DNA of 51,598 nucleotides from a virus: IMG/VR virus record IMGVR_UViG_3300045988_159957; one strand, 5' to 3'. Shown piece by piece: positions 48,457 to 51,598 of this stretch (position 1 is its first letter; each line of letters starts with the position of its first letter). The notes under the pieces were generated by a model. It saw only the letters and a program-made list of their open reading frames with translations, ran no database searches and was not told where the DNA came from. The position numbers and the translations under genes were made by a program.

Positions 48457-49122
48457 ATGTTCAGATTCGCAAGACTCACTTACAAGTTACTTGACCCCGA
48501 TGGAGGTCAGGGAGGAGCAGAAGATACTTCTGGATCAGGAACAGATCAGGGAGGATCCGGTAGCTCCACAGGAGACCAGACTCAGGATTCTGGAACAAAG
48601 ACGTTCACTCAGGATGAGGTGAACACAATCGGTGCAAGAGAGAAAAGTCAGGGTAAGAATTCCATTCTTAAGATCTTTGGATGTGCAGATGAAAAAACTG
48701 CAAAAGCAGAAGCCGAAGAGTTCAAGAAGTGGAAGGAATCTCAGAAAACTGAAGAAGAGAAAAAGTCTGAAGAGAAAAGGAAGCTTGAAGACTCTGCTTC
48801 TGAAAGTGAAAAGAGAGCCATTGCTGCAGAAAACAAGCTCGCAGCTCTTAAAGCAGGGGTGAATTCTGACAGCGTTGATGATGCCTTGGCTATTGCTTTA
48901 TTAAAGGTGACCGATGACAAGACGCTTGACAAAGTGTTCGAAGAGATGAAGAAAGAATCCAGATACTCGGGTTTTTTCGGCACAGGTTCTTCTTTAGGGG
49001 GAACCGGAAGTTCTGCTGATCATAATCGTGGTGGTCAGGGAACAGATAACATTGGAAAAAGGCTTGCAGAAAACAAGGTGAAATCCACCTCTGTCAAGAG
49101 CAGCTTTTTCAGTAAATCTTAA
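48457..49122 (+). CDS. Scaffolding protein (putative)
   Basis: Gly/Ser/Asp-rich N-terminus and a charged coiled-coil core (KAEAEEFKKWKESQKTEEEKKSEEKRKLE). Located before the decoration and capsid genes. Start is ATG 48457 or 48427. Confidence 0.6.
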   Translation: MFRFARLTYKLLDPDGGQGGAEDTSGSGTDQGGSGSSTGDQTQDSGTKTFTQDEVNTIGAREKSQGKNSILKIFGCADEKTAKAEAEEFKKWKESQKTEEEKKSEEKRKLEDSASESEKRAIAAENKLAALKAGVNSDSVDDALAIALLKVTDDKTLDKVFEEMKKESRYSGFFGTGSSLGGTGSSADHNRGGQGTDNIGKRLAENKVKSTSVKSSFFSKS

Positions 49123-49137
49123 CAAGGAGGAGAAAAA

Positions 49138-49539
49138 ATGTTAAATCAGACTGGAATCACAAAGACTACTGGAGTAACCAGAAAGAACATTCTTATTGCT
49201 CCTGAACTGGCTTTTTCCTTGGGTTGCAAGGTGTCCGGAACAGGTGTTGAAGCAGGTTCTGATGGAAGAAAGATCATTAAAGCAGGAACACCCCTGGCAG
49301 GTGATTTCACTGCAAGAGACACAGCCTTTACAGTTGCAAAGGATACTGGTGATAGTGCACCTAAAACCAGTGATGCGACCTGTGTTCTGCTGCACGATGT
49401 TGATGTAACCACTGGTACTGCTAACGGAGCTATTCTGATCTTCGGCTTCATCGATGTAAGCAAGCTGGACTCTACTGTCACAGCTATGTGGACTGATGCA
49501 GCAAAGAAGAATCTCGGCAAGATTACTCTCGTAAAATAA
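49138..49539 (+). CDS. Head decoration protein (lambda gpD-like position and pattern)
   Basis: 133 aa with KIIKAGTPLA...ATCVLLHDVDV...ILIFGFIDVSKL, immediately upstream of a gpE-like capsid gene. Confidence 0.55.
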   Translation: MLNQTGITKTTGVTRKNILIAPELAFSLGCKVSGTGVEAGSDGRKIIKAGTPLAGDFTARDTAFTVAKDTGDSAPKTSDATCVLLHDVDVTTGTANGAILIFGFIDVSKLDSTVTAMWTDAAKKNLGKITLVK

Positions 49540-49556
49540 GATAAGGAGGATATGAG

Positions 49557-50594
49557 ATGAAAACCATTTATGATCTTGTAACAAGTGAAGCGGTTGTTTC
49601 CTACTGGGAAACTCTCATCAATCAGCAGCCCCCCTACTTGGGTGAGGAACTGTTCCCTTCCCAGCAGAAGTTGGGTTTGAGCATTAAGTGGATCAAAGGA
49701 TTCAGAGGTTTGCCCATTGTACTGCTTCCTTCCGCATATGATACAAAGGCAAAGAAGAGAGACCGTATCGGGTTTGATAAGCTGTCCGCAGACATGCCCT
49801 ACTTCAAGGAGAGTACTTCCGTTGATGAAGAGCAGCGTCAGCAGCTGAACATGGTGCTTGAGACCGGAAATCAGGCATACATTGATTCTGTCATGAATAA
49901 TGTATTTGATGATGAGACCAGATTACTGTCTGGTGCAAGAGCACAGCGTGAGCGTATGCGCATGCAGGCACTCACTACTGGTGCAATCAGCATCACTGCC
50001 AATGGTCAGGACTATGACTATGATTATGCTATTCCTGAAGCACACAAGGGTAATGCCACCGTTCCTTGGAGCAATCCTGATGCAAGTATCTATGATGACA
50101 TCAAGGCTGGTCTGGATAAGATCGAAGATGATACTGGAGTAAGACCTACTCGTGCAACCTGTTCTTCCAAGACTTGGGGTTATTTCCTCAAGAACAAGGA
50201 ACTGAGAGCAGCTCTGAACGGAAATGACTCCAATGCTCCTGTAAGAGAGAGCAAGATCAAGGCTTACATTCAGGAGGAGCTGGATCTGGAGATCGTTAAG
50301 TATACCAAGAAATACAAGGACGAAGCTGGTGTAGATCATCAGTTCATCGATGATGATGTATTTGTCATGTTCCCGTCCGGAACTCTTGGAACTTCCTGGT
50401 TCGGTACCACTCCTGAACAGTCCGATCTGATGACCGGAAATGCTGCAAACGTAACCATCACTGATACAGGTGTAGCGGTTACTACCACCAAGGAGACAGA
50501 TCCTGTGAACGTTGATACCAAGGTGTCCATGATCTTCCTGCCGTCCTTTGAAGCTGCTGATCAGGTCTACATTCTTGACACCAAGCAGCAGTAA
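49557..50594 (+). CDS. Major capsid protein (gpE-like family)
   Basis: 345 aa, strong RBS, located after scaffold and decoration. The N-terminal pattern resembles Phage_cap_E. Confidence 0.75.
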   Translation: MKTIYDLVTSEAVVSYWETLINQQPPYLGEELFPSQQKLGLSIKWIKGFRGLPIVLLPSAYDTKAKKRDRIGFDKLSADMPYFKESTSVDEEQRQQLNMVLETGNQAYIDSVMNNVFDDETRLLSGARAQRERMRMQALTTGAISITANGQDYDYDYAIPEAHKGNATVPWSNPDASIYDDIKAGLDKIEDDTGVRPTRATCSSKTWGYFLKNKELRAALNGNDSNAPVRESKIKAYIQEELDLEIVKYTKKYKDEAGVDHQFIDDDVFVMFPSGTLGTSWFGTTPEQSDLMTGNAANVTITDTGVAVTTTKETDPVNVDTKVSMIFLPSFEAADQVYILDTKQQ

Positions 50595-50613
50595 GGGAAA
50601 GGCGGTGCAGTAG

Positions 50614-50958
50614 ATGATAAAAATCTATAAGAAAGGCAAAGGGATGACCGTTCCTAAAGGATCCCTTGATAAGTTCTTAGCAGCAGGATGGAGCCTTGAA
50701 AATGGTGATGAAAAGCCCAAGAAGAAATCTTCTGGGCATCACCATCCTATGCCGGAGGAAGATTCCTTTACACCTGTAGAAGATGAAGACTCCGATGAGG
50801 AAGAATATGTTGAGGTAGATCCTGAGGAACTGGCAAGCAGAGATCTGTCTGAGCTTGACATGGATGAGCTTAAAATTCTTGCAGAATACAAGGGTCTTGA
50901 TATCTCCGGTTTGACAACTACGAGAAAGCTCAGAGCAGCTCTGGAAGCCTTGGAGTGA
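50614..50958 (+). CDS. Acidic protein with a C-terminal HeH/Rho_N-like motif
   Basis: LSELDMDELKILAEYKGLDISGLTTTRKLRAALEALE. Confidence 0.5.
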   Translation: MIKIYKKGKGMTVPKGSLDKFLAAGWSLENGDEKPKKKSSGHHHPMPEEDSFTPVEDEDSDEEEYVEVDPEELASRDLSELDMDELKILAEYKGLDISGLTTTRKLRAALEALE

Positions 50959-50968
50959 GGTGTGAGAT

Positions 50969-51226
50969 ATGACAATGGACAGAATTGATGAACTGAAGCT
51001 GATTCTTAGAGAAGAATCTTGCCCTTTCTTTTCAGATGAAGAGCTGGAATATTACTCTAAGAAATACCCTGATCTGAATGATGCTGCTTACAATTGTTTG
51101 ATCATTAAAGCAGAAGACACAACTCTGTCCGTGTCAGGTCTTAGCTGTGCAGACAGTTCAAGGTATTTCCTCAGACTTGCACAGCGATACAGAAAGAACA
51201 ATTCGGGTATATTGGGGGGAAATTGA
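50969..51226 (+). CDS. Head-tail connector / adaptor (putative)
   Basis: 85 aa, located after the capsid gene. Confidence 0.45.
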   Translation: MTMDRIDELKLILREESCPFFSDEELEYYSKKYPDLNDAAYNCLIIKAEDTTLSVSGLSCADSSRYFLRLAQRYRKNNSGILGGN

Positions 51227-51588
51227 TGAGTGCTACTCCACTTTTCTTGAAAAACAAAGTATCCAGGCAGATAAAATCTTCCGGTAAAGAATATGAATTC
51301 ATCTCAGTGTTGAAAGATGACTACAATCAGCCCATCACAGGTGATAGCGTGAAGATTGTAGGCATTTGGCATGAGCAGAATTCCTTTATCAGTGTTCAGA
51401 CAACTTCTGCTGCATCTGTTCAGAGAAAAAAGAGTCCTATGATTCTTACTCTGATAGATGACAACATGAAGAGTATCAAACAAGGAGATCTCATCTATAT
51501 AAGTGATGTGAAATATACTGTTTCTGGTATACTTGATATAGGGAATTATGGAGTTGTGGCGGACATTTCTCTTGAGATGGAGGTGTAG
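51223..51588 (+). CDS. Head closure / head-tail adaptor (putative)
   Basis: 121 aa with ATGA overlap to the upstream gene. Continues across the circular junction into CDS 48..401. Confidence 0.45.
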   Translation: MMSATPLFLKNKVSRQIKSSGKEYEFISVLKDDYNQPITGDSVKIVGIWHEQNSFISVQTTSAASVQRKKSPMILTLIDDNMKSIKQGDLIYISDVKYTVSGILDIGNYGVVADISLEMEV

Positions 51589-51598
51589 TTGTGGCTGG
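51544..51598. repeat. Terminal direct repeat, copy B (identical to 1..55)
   Basis: Exact 55-nt match to the window start. Confidence 0.9.

Noticed and set aside
1-51598. Alternative genetic code (TGA or TAG recoding), prompted by the in-frame TGA at 9427
   Set aside because: Nearly the whole genome is covered by long standard-code ORFs with proper RBSs and recognisable motifs. A single in-frame stop does not support global recoding.

Overview
The window is one complete dsDNA tailed-phage genome. Bases 1-55 repeat exactly at 51544-51598, so the unit length is 51,543 bp, circular or circularly permuted. The RBS style (AGGAGG) and gene content point to a Firmicutes (Clostridia-type) host, and the tail genes are siphovirus-like. 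I recognised no integrase, repressor or partition genes, so it looks virulent.

Layout:
- **41.9-51.6 kb and 0-9.3 kb (+):** late operon with terS, terL, an embedded holin-endolysin cassette, portal, MuF-like protein, scaffold, decoration protein, gpE-like capsid, connectors, major tail, chaperones, tape measure, Dit, Gp37-like protein and fibres.
- **9.3-14.8 kb (+):** accessory block of small membrane peptides, a sigma-region-4-only protein, and a Q/N-rich, Gly/Cys-rich and C1q/BclA-like cassette, followed by promoter-driven small genes.
- **14.8-41.6 kb (-):** replication, recombination and nucleotide-metabolism block.

The strongest lead is a two-part candidate DNA thymidine-hypermodification system:
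- One part holds an aGPT-Pplase-like protein, an HD hydrolase, dCMP deaminase and MazG.
- The other is a tightly coupled operon of a GT-A-like protein, a radical-SAM/SPASM enzyme, a 54-aa ORF, a Tmk-like kinase, a ThyA-family enzyme and a HAD phosphatase.
- A DUF4417-like protein may also belong to it.

Other leads:
- A 13-copy conserved promoter cassette.
- An ~800-bp iteron and AT-rich origin-like region.
- A replication-module protein with an L27/Prp-type N-terminal cleavage motif.
- Sporulation-flavoured genes: a Spo0A C-domain-like protein, a SleB-like hydrolase and a BclA-C-like protein.

All family assignments rest on motif recognition by eye. No database searches were run.
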